Shown here: in pieces, positions 23,331-34,829 of the stretch | Layout of the letters: each line of letters opens with the position of its first letter | How positions within the stretch are numbered: position 1 is the first letter of the stretch | Assembly: GCF_006345805.1 (NCBI RefSeq) | Contig: NW_021832118.1 | Span: 1 to 34,829 of the forward strand | Reading direction: 5' to 3' | DNA from: Octopus sinensis | Taxonomy: Eukaryota | Length of the DNA: 34,829 nucleotides | Notes under the pieces: generated by a model | What the model was told of the DNA's origin: nothing | Database searches by the model: none | The model's input: only the letters and a program-made list of their open reading frames with translations | Translations under genes and position numbers: made by a program

Positions 23331-24096
23331 ATATATGTATGTAAAAAGGTGCTGTATGTCACGTAAGTTTATTTGCGAAACTTACGTGTAAGTGTGACTG
23401 AGTATGTATGTATGTACGCATGTATGTATGCATGTATGTATGTATGTATGTATGTATGTATGTATGCATATAATATATATATATATTATTATATTCATAA
23501 ATATATGTATATATTGAATGTAGATATTTATACATACATATATATATATGGTGGACGAGTGACCTGTTGGGGTCACTCCTAAATCGTTATATATATATTA
23601 TATATATATATTCATAAATATATATATATACATAAGAATGTATATATGTATGTACTATGTATATATTAAAGCAATCCCATTGTGTTCTCTCTCATTCTCG
23701 CCTTTCTCAATCAATCTTAATGAGAATTTTTATGTCTTCTGATGTTTCCAATTCAAAAGTGTCCATGGTCGGTCTGTATTGACGTTTCCGGGTCTTTTGA
23801 CCTTAACTTCAAGACGGCATAAATTGAAATGTCCGAACTTACATTATACTTCATACATACATACAAACATATATACATACATGCACACACACACAGACAC
23901 ACACACACCACACACACACATACACACACACACACATATATATATATTATATATATAGGTACACAGATAGACAAATAAACACATACATACGTATGTATAT
24001 GCATATGTATTTCTGTCATATATGTATGTATGTACGTACGTATGTATATATGCATATACATATATGTGTGTGCGTGTGTATGTGTCTATATATGCA

Positions 24097-24167
<71 letters not shown>

Positions 24168-24207
24168 ATATATATATATTATATATATATATACATACAT
24201 ACATATA

Positions 24208-24285
<78 letters not shown>

Positions 24286-24389
24286 ATATATATATAGTAG
24301 AAATATGTTACGAAAAGAAAATATAAAATTTAATATAATATTAGATGTGTATGAATATATCTCTACATATGACTACATTCTTTCATATG

Positions 24390-24447
<58 letters not shown>

Positions 24448-24900
24448 TATAGATAGATAGATAATGTAACGTTTGTGTGTATAATTCTTAGTTTTTGCGT
24501 GAAAAGAAGGCATCGCCTTTTTCAATTACAACGCCATTTACATACAGTATGCTTTATAGGAGTAATAGCAAATCGACGCTTGCTCTTGGTCGGTGTTTTA
24601 TTTCATCGACCCCGGGAGATGAAAGCAAAATTTGACCTCTTTCTAGACTTAAACCTTCGACATAAAGAACCGTAAATATATATAGTAGCTATTCCTTTCC
24701 CTGCGTTCAAATGATTCTGCCAATACAGCACATTCGGTACATAGCTGTTAATTTCTTTTTATGGAATGGGAAAGGACTGAAAGGAAAATTGACCCCGGCA
24801 AGATTTCAAATCAGGAGGTAAAATATCCGTAACAAAATGGTGCAGGACATTTCGTCCAATGGACTAATGTTTTTTTCTGCTAAGCCATTACTTTTACTCT

Positions 24901-25147
24901 GATGACATTGACGATGACAATGATGATGATGATGATGATGATGATGGTGGTAGTAGTGGTGGTGGTGGTGGTGGTGGTGGTAGTGGCGGTGATGATGATG
25001 ATGATGATATGATGATGATGATGATGGTGGTGGTGATGATGATGATGATGATGGTGGTGATGATGGTGATGATGATGGTGATGATGATGGTGATGATGAT
25101 GACGATGATGATGGTGATGATGATGATGGTGATGGTGATGGTGATGG

Positions 25148-25196
<49 letters not shown>

Positions 25197-25198
25197 AG

Positions 25199-25260
<62 letters not shown>
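24901..25260. repeat. Compound (GAT)n/(GGT)n/(AAT)n microsatellite
   Basis: Direct inspection. Confidence 0.95.
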
Positions 25261-25262
<2 letters not shown>

Positions 25263-25490
25263 GATATGGACAAATGGCTGAGACTGGAGATGGAATAGAT
25301 TACTCGGTAGAGCTCCTATAGAAAGCTTGTCTCATAGGAACAGCAATGATTATCAAGGGGGTTGTAAGCATTTGAAAGACAGCTGAAAACTTGAGGAATC
25401 CTAAGGTTACAGGTGATCACCCACTACCTATATAAATCCTACCAGGAATAAGACCGAACCTGAACCAAACCAAAATATTGATAATAATTT
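25261..25490 (+). mobile_element. R4/Dong-like 3' fragment
   Basis: With a frameshift it reads ELL*KACLIGTAMIIKGVVSI*; directly follows a (TAA)n run. Confidence 0.55.
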
Positions 25491-26117
25491 CATCGAAGAC
25501 ATAGGTGTGCGGTTCAAAGAAATTTTGCTTCGCAACTCCGTGGTTCCAGGTTCAAGCTCATTGCACAGTACTTTAGATTATTGTACTGCATGGTTGATCG
25601 ACCGCATATACTCAGCGTATGTGTACCAGCAAATGGTTTTTAAACGATTTGTATATAGTGATAGACAGGCGAGACAAGTTGCCTGCAATCTTATCCAGGA
25701 GTGATGAATACCGATATTTCGCCATTTTTGTGACTTATCAACATCACGAACCTGAATCGAACCGGGGACGAATCGAAGCACCAGCCTATGACTATATATA
25801 AATAATGTAAAAACCATTTACTGTTGTGCCACGGTGAAGTAGAAAAGATTAAATTCAACAACGAATTAAAAGCATCGCTAGTGTTGTAAACGTTATCGAC
25901 TGCACATACTCAATGTATGTGTTTTGCTTTTGCTGCATGTAGTATTAGACAGTTAAGTATCTATACATAAAATTTGAATGAAATTTATGGGTGAGTGTTC
26001 TGGCGCAAGGAACCGTGTTAGCGTTGATATGTGGGTTCGATTCTAGCCTGAGTTAGCTCATTATCTTTCAGTCAATTGTTTAGATAAATGCTTTGAACGG
26101 AGTATATATATTATACA

Positions 26118-26533
26118 TTACTCTTACTCTTTTACTCTTTTTACTTGTTTCAGTCATTTGACTGCGGCCATGCTGGAGAACCGCCTTTAGTCGAGCAAAT
26201 CGACCCCGGGACTTATTCTTTGTAAGCCCAGTACTTATTCTATCGGTCTCTTTTGCCGAACCGCTAACTGACGGGGACGTAAACACACCAGCATCGGTTG
26301 TCAAGCAATGCTAGGGGAACAAACACAGACACACAAACATATTCACACACACTTATATATATATACATATATACGACAGGCTTCTTTCAGTTTCCGTCTA
26401 CCAAATCCACTCACAGGCATTGGTCGCCCGGGCTACAGCAGAAGACACTTGCCCAAGATGCCACGCAGTGGGACTGAACCCGGAACCATGTGGTTGGTAA
26501 GCAAGCTACTTACCAAACAGCCACTCCTGCGCC
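26118..26533 (-). mobile_element. SINE B, full length
   Basis: Near-identical to 4258-4678. Confidence 0.85.
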
Positions 26534-26844
26534 TTATGATATAGTATTATATTGGTATTATTGTAGTCTTTCGTAGTCGCTTTTTCTCCGTAACTTATCA
26601 AGCCTCCGTGTTTGTTTACAAATATTAAATGTAGTATTAGACAGTTAAGTACCTATATATAAAATTTGACTGAAATTTATGGGTGAGTGTTCTGGCTCAA
26701 TCGGTTGCGCAAGGAGCCACGTTAGTGCTGATATGTAGGTTCGAGATAGCTCATCATTTTTCAGTCAATTGTTTAGATAAATGTCGTTTTAATCAGAGTA
26801 TATATATATATATTATTATTATTATTATTATATATTATTAAGAC

Positions 26845-27257
26845 GTTGAACTGGCAGAATTGCTAGCACGCTGGTCGAAATGCTTAGCGGTTCAAATTCC
26901 ACCGAGGTCGACTTTACCTTTCATCCTTTCGGGGTCGATAAATTAAGTACCAGTTGAGTACTGGTGTAGATTTAATCGACTATCCCCTCCTCCAAATTTC
27001 AGGCCTTGTGCCTATAATAGAAAGGGTTATTATATATATATATATAGAAACGTTAGCACGCCGGGCGAAATGCGTAGCCGTATTTCGTCTGCCGTTACGT
27101 TCTGGGTTCAAATTCCGCCGAGGTCGACTTTGCCTTTCATCCTTTCGGGGTCGATAAATTAAGTACCAGTTACGCACTGGGGTCGATATAATCGACTTAA
27201 TCTGTTTGTCTGTTCTTGTTTGTACCCTCTGTGTTTAGCCCCTTGTGGGTAGTAAAG
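26845..27257 (+). mobile_element. Two adjacent SINE A copies
   Basis: Short-tail copy at ~26845-27030 and long-tail copy at ~27045-27257. Confidence 0.8.
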
Positions 27258-27268
27258 ATATATATATA

Positions 27269-27850
27269 TTCGTTTCAGCCATGTGGATGCCGTCATGCTG
27301 GAGCATCATCTGGATTTTGTACTTTTAAATATCATTTTTCTTTGGTTGATTTCTTCAGGGTAGCAGGATTTTATATCATCACTCCTGTAATTGCTTTTTC
27401 CTTGGTTGTTGGCCCATTTGGTGTACGAGGGAATTTGACACTTCCGCTCTAAATCTGTACATCATGCCGGGCCGTTGGTTCAACTAGTATTATATAGAGG
27501 AGACTATTTAGTTCCTTTTTGAAGGCATCCACGTCCACACTGTGTAGGTTTCTTAGTTTTTTTCTTTTTATATATTTTGTAGGGCTTTGAAGAGCTGTGG
27601 GTCTTTGAGCCGTAATCTATGGCAGAACCTCATTCTGAAGTTAGATGGAGTTGACAGAACCTTTGGTACAATACAATGGCGTCAAGTTCAGGCAGGACAT
27701 GTCCAAGAGAGCTATTATAAACTGTAATTGCCCCAAAACAGTTCCCTCGGGTACGCCACTCAGAATTTTTTTTTCATCAGAGAGAGCACCATTGGCTGAA
27801 ACTGTCGGACTTGTACCTTTTAGGGAGCTTCACGAAGGTCTCGCAGCTTG
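27269..27850 (-). mobile_element. CR1/L2-like LINE relic with internal deletion
   Basis: RT motif LSGVPEGTVLGQLQFIIALLDM at ~27699-27763 is joined to the C-terminus RNLHSVDVDAFKKEL...SNSLVHQ and a 3' tail. Confidence 0.75.
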
Positions 27851-27876
27851 TGATATAACGTACACTTTTGGTCTCC

Positions 27877-27942
<66 letters not shown>

Positions 27943-27944
27943 CC

Positions 27945-28110
27945 AGATAACCGAAGAGATGGCGTCGTGGATTCCCACTCGGCATCTGAAACTCAGAGTT
28001 TTATCTTGACTATCGAGTAATGTAACATATTATTTTATAGATAAATTTCCTCTATTTACATAATATTGAGGTCTCTTTCTTTCTTTTGTTATCTTACCGT
28101 TTTACCAATA
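27945..28110 (+). mobile_element. Penelope-like terminal relic with a mutated type I HHR at 27945-28006
   Basis: AGAUAA-CCGAAGA-GAUG...CAUC-U-GAA-ACU(CAG)AGU-U-UUAUCU: perfect 6-bp stem I, U4 changed to C. Confidence 0.6.
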
Positions 28111-28119
28111 TATATATAT

Positions 28120-28168
<49 letters not shown>

Positions 28169-29037
28169 GAATGTATTAGTTTGATGCTCAGTAAAAGCGA
28201 GTTTTTTTTCAAATTTCGAGCATAGATCTTCGCCAGAAAGGAAAAATGGAAAAGTCCAAAGAAGGGAGAAAATAATCAACAACAGCATGTGTGTAGTTAC
28301 ATTAGGTGAAGTGACCGGAAGTAGAAAGATATAGACAAACTGAATTACCTTGTTGCACACCTTCAGATAAGTGTTACTTATCGATCAATATATATCGCTT
28401 ACATACAATATATATCAATGAAATACATGCCAACGTTAAGTACTGTCCTCGATATAAGTGGTTTAATCTTTTAAATTCTATACCCTAGCATGATCGCCTT
28501 TTCATGGCTGAAACCATTAAAATATAAAAAGGTGTACCGGATTACACTTTTCATTGAAACTGCAGTACAGTAATTAGATTCCGCTTGTTCATACTCAATA
28601 ATCTAGCCATTCTGCCGATCCTTCCACGACTTTCAAGATAAATAGAAAATATGTAAATAAATATGTTTGTATCCTGTTTCTCAATCATTAAGACTTTTGT
28701 TTTTTTTAGTAGTCTCAGACCTGATTGGTTGATATGAATTGAAAGATAACAAAAAAAACTCGGTTAAGAATTTCTATGATGAATCGTATGATATAAATTT
28801 TTTTTCTTCGTGAAAATTTGACATTCATTTTCACACGAGAGAGCCGTAACGTTCAGTATGGGATATGTAGGTCGACCGCAAAGGACGTGTCTGCACGCCA
28901 ATCCTATAACCACATAACACCAAAGTAGCAAAAGAGGAAGTTCACTGCGTGGTGTACTCCACCTGCTTGGAAACGGCCGTCATAGGGACTTCAAAATCAT
29001 GCCTTAACAGCATGAAACAAACGTATGACACAGTAGA

Positions 29038-29076
<39 letters not shown>

Positions 29077-29241
29077 AAACACACATACATACATATAGGC
29101 AGACAGACATAGAAAAACATGGTGTGGTCATGGCAAGAACAGTTTGCATCAGTAGTCTGCATGACAAGGGTTGCGCTAAGGATAAGTCACACTTAATATT
29201 AAGTAGGATGCTGATATTTTAAATTTTAATCAACTCAGTCT

Positions 29242-29289
29242 CTTGCTACTCCGAGTTTCGCCTGTAGGTGCACTGGATCTTCAGGCAAG
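29242..29289 (-). ncRNA. Type I hammerhead ribozyme motif
   Basis: CUUGC-CUGAAGA-UCCAGU(GCACCU)ACAGGC-GAA-ACUC(G)GAGU-A-GCAAG: intact core, GUA triplet, palindromic stem III, two mismatches in stem II. Confidence 0.65.
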
Positions 29290-29330
29290 TTACGACTTAT
29301 ACATACATACATACACACACACACATACAT

Positions 29331-29361
<31 letters not shown>

Positions 29362-29469
29362 TACATACATACATACATACATACATACATACATACACAC
29401 ACATATATATATATACAGAGAGAGAGAGGGGGGGAGAATTCACGAAAAAAAAAGACATAGACAGATGGT

Positions 29470-29600
29470 GTAGAAAACAAACAGACGTATTAGTATAACG
29501 CTCAGGAATTGAAAAGGTCTTTTACGTTTCGAGCCTACGCTCTTCCACAGAAAAGAACACAGAAAGAAACAAGGAGAGAAAAAAATGTGTGTAGTGGCTA
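29470..29600 (-). mobile_element. Penelope-like terminal relic with degenerate HHR at 29519-29555
   Basis: Inverse of 8150-8280; ctttt-CTGTGGA-agagcgtaggctc-GAAAC-GTA-aaag. Confidence 0.55.
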
Positions 29601-30063
29601 TTATTATAAATAATAATAATATGAGTCCCAAGTAAGCATGAAAACCAAAAGAGTAAATTTATAAATTCATAATCAAGGGTACAAGTACCAGCGTTGCTAG
29701 AAATAAGATTCGAAAATTACTCAAATAAGCTACAATGTCACTGTAAATTTAAGAAGCTGATGTAATCGAGGAATGAGGAAATGCCAACCTACAATTGCGG
29801 AGGAAAGACACAAATGAATTTGCAGATATACCAATATCACGTGATTTCGAACCTTGTGATTATTACTCTTAGATCGCATCCGTTGGTCTCGCTGCCTGGG
29901 GTTAAAATAATACCCGCTTCGTCATGCTTGTTAAAATCGCTGAAAGACTAGCGCCAAATTCAAACAATAGAAGTGTATAATTATATATAAGTAAAGATAT
30001 TATTATTAATAAATAATAACAATAACAATAATAATGATGATGATGATGATAATAATAATAATG

Positions 30064-30102
<39 letters not shown>

Positions 30103-30177
30103 GTAATAATAATAATAACAACAACAACAACAACAACAACAATAACAATAACAATAACAATAATAATAATAATAATA

Positions 30178-30217
<40 letters not shown>

Positions 30218-30219
<2 letters not shown>

Positions 30220-30772
30220 TGCCCTGATGCAGTACCAGACTGTGGCTCTCATGGCTTCTGATCTTAACTGATTGGAAGTGTTATCATGTACATTGTTTTG
30301 TCTTGGTATAAAAGATGGGCTACAGCAAATATTCTGCTCAATACCACAGATTTGCTTCTCAGTTGTTTGACCTTAACCAGTTGAGCATGTCCCTTAGTGG
30401 CCGGCGATATGTGCATCTCTGATCAAGAGCAGAAGTAATGGGAGAGCATCATAGACGTGTGTTGAAAGGAATTCTTGGAGGTTTGGATAATTCACCTTTG
30501 GAAACATGGGTGGTTCTTTCAACATCCTTAAACAATCCTTATTCAGGGACCTTTTGAGCGGGATGGGATACTCGACCGGAAGAAAATTCTAACTAGGCCT
30601 CACCTGTAAGTTCATGCGCTGTTTATCTTGATATGAGATCACTATGTCACGCACATATGGTTGTGATATATGTGTCTGGTGTACCCTTCTCAGACGGGTA
30701 GTCTTGATGGGTATACTGGACTTCGTATATTTTACTCCAGTGTCACTTTGATGGCAGCATTGCTCCCTCACA
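30218..30772 (+). mobile_element. Non-autonomous ~555-bp element flanked by (TAA)n, uninterrupted copy
   Basis: Homologous to the inverse of 618-1667. Confidence 0.75.
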
Positions 30773-30777
30773 CAATA

Positions 30778-30824
<47 letters not shown>

Positions 30825-30827
30825 TAA

Positions 30828-30870
<43 letters not shown>

Positions 30871-30928
30871 AATGACAATAATAATAATAATAATAATCTA
30901 ATAATATAATAATAATAATATAATAATA

Positions 30929-31140
30929 TTCAGACAAATACATAACAAAACACCAGGACTTACAAACACATATAACATACAGAAATTGAACTACTAGGCA
31001 CTGCACACATCCTACGCAGAACACTTTCCATACAATAACCATCAGAGCATCACAACAAATCACAGCACATACCCAGGCACACAGAGCTGCGCTCGGTAGA
31101 AAGTGAAAGCACGCTATAAAAATAAAAATAAACTATTGAA
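30929..31140 (+). mobile_element. R4/Dong-like 3' fragment
   Basis: Reads LLGTAHILRRTLSIQ* after NIQK with a small indel; 3' UTR ends in (TAA)n. Confidence 0.75.
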
Positions 31141-31200
31141 TAATAATAATAATAATAATAATATAATATAAAATAATTTATTATTATTATTATATTTTAG

Positions 31201-31508
31201 CACTAGGAATGATCAAGAAGGGACCGAAAATTAATGAGAATTGATCCCTGGCTTACCATCCCTGCAGAAGTGCAAAAGATTGTCTTAACTGGTACATCAC
31301 ACGTATTGAGAAGAGCATTGTCGATGTGAGAACTGTTGCTGCTCATGTATTTTAATTTAACTTAAAAAAAAAAAAAAAAAAAAGTGAACGAACTACTGAG
31401 TTTGGTTTAATGGCCTACCAATGTATACTATGAGCTTCTTTGCCCTAGGAGTCGGGAATACACTCGGCAAGAAATGGAAGCAAATTTGAAAGAAGAAAAA
31501 AAAAAGTA

Positions 31509-31510
<2 letters not shown>
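31201..31510 (+). mobile_element. R4/Dong-like 3' fragment, second family
   Basis: Reads LGMIKKG...VQKIVLTGTSHVLRRALSM* with indels; followed by (TAA)n. Confidence 0.75.
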
Positions 31511-31571
<61 letters not shown>

Positions 31572-32095
31572 TCCCCGTACATACCGATAAAACTATAAAA
31601 GCTAATAAATCAGATATTATTATTAAAGATCAGACAAAAGAGGTGTGTTTATTAATTGACATGAGTATTCTTTGCGATCACAATAAGAATTTGACAAGAT
31701 CAGTAAATATAAAGACTTGCTAATAGAAATTGAAAAAATGTAGCATCTCAAGGCGACCACAGTACTAGTGATTGTAGGATCTCTAGGAATGATAGAAAAA
31801 AGGTACTGAAACCTATTTGAAAATGATACCAGGCTTACCATCCCTACAGGAAGTGCAAAAAATTGTCTTAACTGGAACGGCTCATGTACTGAGAAGAGCA
31901 TTATTACTGTGAAAACAACATCCATTCATGAATTTATTTATTTATTAATTTTTTAAAAACACATATTTTACCTGTGAATTTGCGTGTGTAATCTGGGAAT
32001 ACATGCAATGAGCTTCTCTGCCCTAGGTGTACGGAAAACACTCGGCGAGAAATGGAAGAAAATTTGAAGAAAGAAGGAAATTCAAATAAAAAATT
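31572..32095 (+). mobile_element. R4/Dong-like RLE-domain fragment, same family as 31201-31510
   Basis: FPVHTDKTIKANKSDIIIKDQTKEVCLLIDMSI...EVQKIVLTGTAHVLRRAL; begins right after (TAA)n. Confidence 0.8.
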
Positions 32096-32374
32096 AAATT
32101 ATGGCTTGCACAGTAAGGTCCGGCGAACCTATTTACACATACACATACTTATATGTTAAAATTAAAATATAGTATTTGGTATCGAACTATGATAAAGTTA
32201 TTTAGAGGCCTGATGATTGGGGGTTATATTTTAAGAAAGGTTCTTGTAAAGCATGGCATGGTTAAGGAACCGTAAAAGAACCTCAAGAAACACGTGTAGC
32301 AGAGAAATGAGTAGTAAGTATTAAATTCAATTAAAATTCTTTTATATGTGGGGTGAAGGGGACTACTATCTCTA

Positions 32375-32410
<36 letters not shown>

Positions 32411-32446
32411 ATTTTAATATAAGCGTGAGCGTTCCTCTCTGCATGT

Positions 32447-32483
<37 letters not shown>

Positions 32484-33476
32484 TGTGTGTGTGCGTGCGT
32501 CTGTGTGTGTGCATATATATAAATGCATGTGCACAGCCCTTGTACTCGAACTGCAAGCTATTCTTTCCGATTCTATAACGACTCCACCAAATTGCCGCCA
32601 ATAAACAAAAAAAAGAAAAAAGAAAAAAGAAAACATACTACGGCTACACCTATGAGAATGCGTATAAATTTTATATTCAGTTATTTCTATTTTTTTGTTT
32701 CATTTTTCATGTGATTGTTTTGGTCATTCTAAATATTGGTTTTGTTACTGTCATTGACGTCATCAGCGTCATTGTTGTTGTTGCTATTATTGTTGTCTTT
32801 TCCCACCTAACCTGTTGATCAGTGAATATATTTTAACAAACGGAAGAAAAAAACCCGCCAAATCAGTCTCCGACGCATAAGAAATATCCAAAGCAAAAAC
32901 AAATAAATTCTTTGAGAAGAATGTTTATTTTAAGCCTTTTTTTGGTGTGTCGGGGGGTCTTGTTTTTGTTATTGCTGTTGTCGTCTGAATTCCTCCTTCT
33001 GCTATTACCACTCTTGTTGTTATTGTTGTTACCTACCCTTGTGTGTTTTAGTGGCTCTCACATTTGCTATTCAGAAAATATGGGAAGCAGGACCTCAGTG
33101 AGTGTGTGTGTGTACGTGTTATAGGTTATATGTTTCTGACTATGTAACGGGTGGGTGTAGTTAATTTGATTACATCCAGGATTTGAATCACAAGGCATTT
33201 ATTTATATCCTTTCTAATGCTTCCTTCTGTTTGTTATTTCAACCAATCGTAGACCCGCAGTTATAACTATGGTGACAAACTTCGACACAAGGTCACGTAT
33301 TTAATGAGAGAAAACGTTCAGTTCATTAAATCGATTGGGACTTATTTTTAATAATACCGGAAAGATGAAAGACAAAGTCGACCTTGGCGTGATTTGAACT
33401 CGAGGCTCTACAATTGACGTAACTCAATATCTGGAGGTGTTTCTTCCGGTCATTTAATGATTCTGTTACTCGTTAA

Positions 33477-33690
33477 GGCGGCAAGCTGGCAGAATCGTTA
33501 GCACGCTAGACGAACTGCTTAGCAGTATTTCGCCCGTCCTTACGTTCCGAGTTCAAAATCCGCCGAGGTCGACTTTGCTTTTTTATTCCTTCGGGGTTGG
33601 TAAATTAAGTACCAGTTGCGTACAGGGGTCGATCTAATCGACTGGCCTCCACCCCCAAAATTTCAGGCCTTGTACCTGTAATAGAAAGAA
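33477..33690 (+). mobile_element. SINE A, short-tail form
   Basis: Family A head and core. Confidence 0.8.
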
Positions 33691-33824
33691 TTCTGCTACT
33701 CGTCTACCTTTCCCACCTGTTATAATGCCATTGGATGGAAAATAAGTACGAACTTTCTATTTTAATACGACGTAATGTTAAAAGAAAGAACCCAAATATT
33801 TTTTTCTTTCTGCCTTGTTTTAAT

Positions 33825-34010
33825 CATTAGACTGTTGCCAGGCTGGAGCACCACCTTGAAGAAATTTTAGTCGAATGAATCGAACCCAGTATTCATTCAT
33901 TCAGTTATTTATTTATTTATATATTTTTAAAGCCCAGTAGTTATTTTATCGGGTTTTTTTTTCGGAATCGCTAGGCTACAAGGACGTAAACACACCAACA
34001 CCGGCTGTAA
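33825..34010 (-). mobile_element. SINE B 3' half
   Basis: Similar to 4270-4440. Confidence 0.7.
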
Positions 34011-34089
34011 AGTGATGATTTGGGAGAAACACAGACCCAAAGACATACATACTCCCAGAATAATAGGTGGCTCACTGTCTTACCCAAGG

Positions 34090-34300
34090 ACATGTCCGAG
34101 TCATGTAGACAAAATTTCCAGCGACTATCATACCACTCTACTTCTGCGAGAGCCTCGGGTTGGACATCAGAAATGAGAAGGTGCTTGGAGAGCAGTGAAA
34201 TGTGGTTCTTAAGGAAAATATTGAGGATAGTACGGACAGGCAAAGTTTCTAATGAAGGAAGTGAGGATCTGGGCTGCTGTAAATAGGAAACTGCTTTGTA
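34090..34300 (+). mobile_element. RTE-like LINE fragment, region after the RT core
   Basis: WTSEMRRCLESSEMWFLRKILRIVRTGKVSNE resembles the RTE motif LEAxEMWFxRRMLRISWTxKVxNE. Confidence 0.65.
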
Positions 34301-34311
34301 GGATAAGGACC

Positions 34312-34610
34312 TGAGCGGAAACACCTAAAAGCTCCACGAGGCTCCGGCAGGCGATGGTGGTGATCCCTGCTGTACTCTTTCACCACAACTTTCTCTCACT
34401 CTTACTTCCTGTTTCTGTTGTACCTGTATTTCAAAGGGCCGGCCTTGTCACTCTCTGTGTCACGCTGAATATCCCCGAGAACTACGTTAAGGGTACACGT
34501 GTCTGTGGAGTGCTCAGCCACTTACACGTTAATTTCACGAGCAGGCTGTTCCGTTGATTCGGATCAACCGGAACCCTCGTCGTCGTAACCGACGGAGTGC
34601 TTCCATCCAA
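34312..34610 (+). mobile_element. SINE D variant, 5'-truncated
   Basis: Matches the inverse of 17090-17310. Confidence 0.8.
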
Positions 34611-34829
34611 GGAAGAACGAGAGCCCGGAGCGTTTAATATTGATGGGAAAGACTGAACGGGAAAGAAGCAGAGGAAGGAGAAGAACAGGGAAATAAAGAA
34701 CAGGGAACTGTGAGAGGACATGATCACCTATGCCCTATAATTTGGGCATGGCCCCTAAAGAAAGAAAGAATCTTGATTAAACGTAGACAAATTTCAATTC
34801 GCTATATTTACAAATTCGAGATCATGCCG

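Noticed and set aside
23778-23815. TTGAAG-ttaa-GGTC-aaaa-GACC-cg-GAAACGTC on the minus strand
   Set aside because: Core spacing is wrong and there is no stem I; too degenerate to call.
25507-25817. Three overlapping 60-79-aa ORFs in unique sequence
   Set aside because: No recognisable domain or convincing splice-site pair; compatible with chance.
32209-32250. CTGATGA...GAAA as a hammerhead
   Set aside because: No credible stems I, II or III.

Overview
AT-rich, microsatellite-saturated eukaryotic DNA. The SINE and LINE content suggests a coleoid cephalopod such as Octopus (inference from recalled repeat families, no database search). I can support no host protein-coding exon: nearly all listed ORFs are translations of simple repeats or decayed retroelements, so the window is probably intronic or intergenic. 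It holds four tRNA-derived SINE families (called A-D here), six R4/Dong-like RLE non-LTR relics all next to (TAA)n, CRE-, CR1- and RTE-like fragments, a non-autonomous Helitron, a MITE with perfect 30-bp TIRs and an 8-bp TSD, and a tRNA-Phe pseudogene. The most notable signal is a set of type I hammerhead ribozyme (HHR) motifs. One is fully canonical (20768-20844). One sits in a perfect 64-bp palindrome (18615-18745). Further copies lie in a nested inverted-repeat block (21173-21763) and in Penelope-like terminal relics. All structures were folded by eye and none is experimentally tested.
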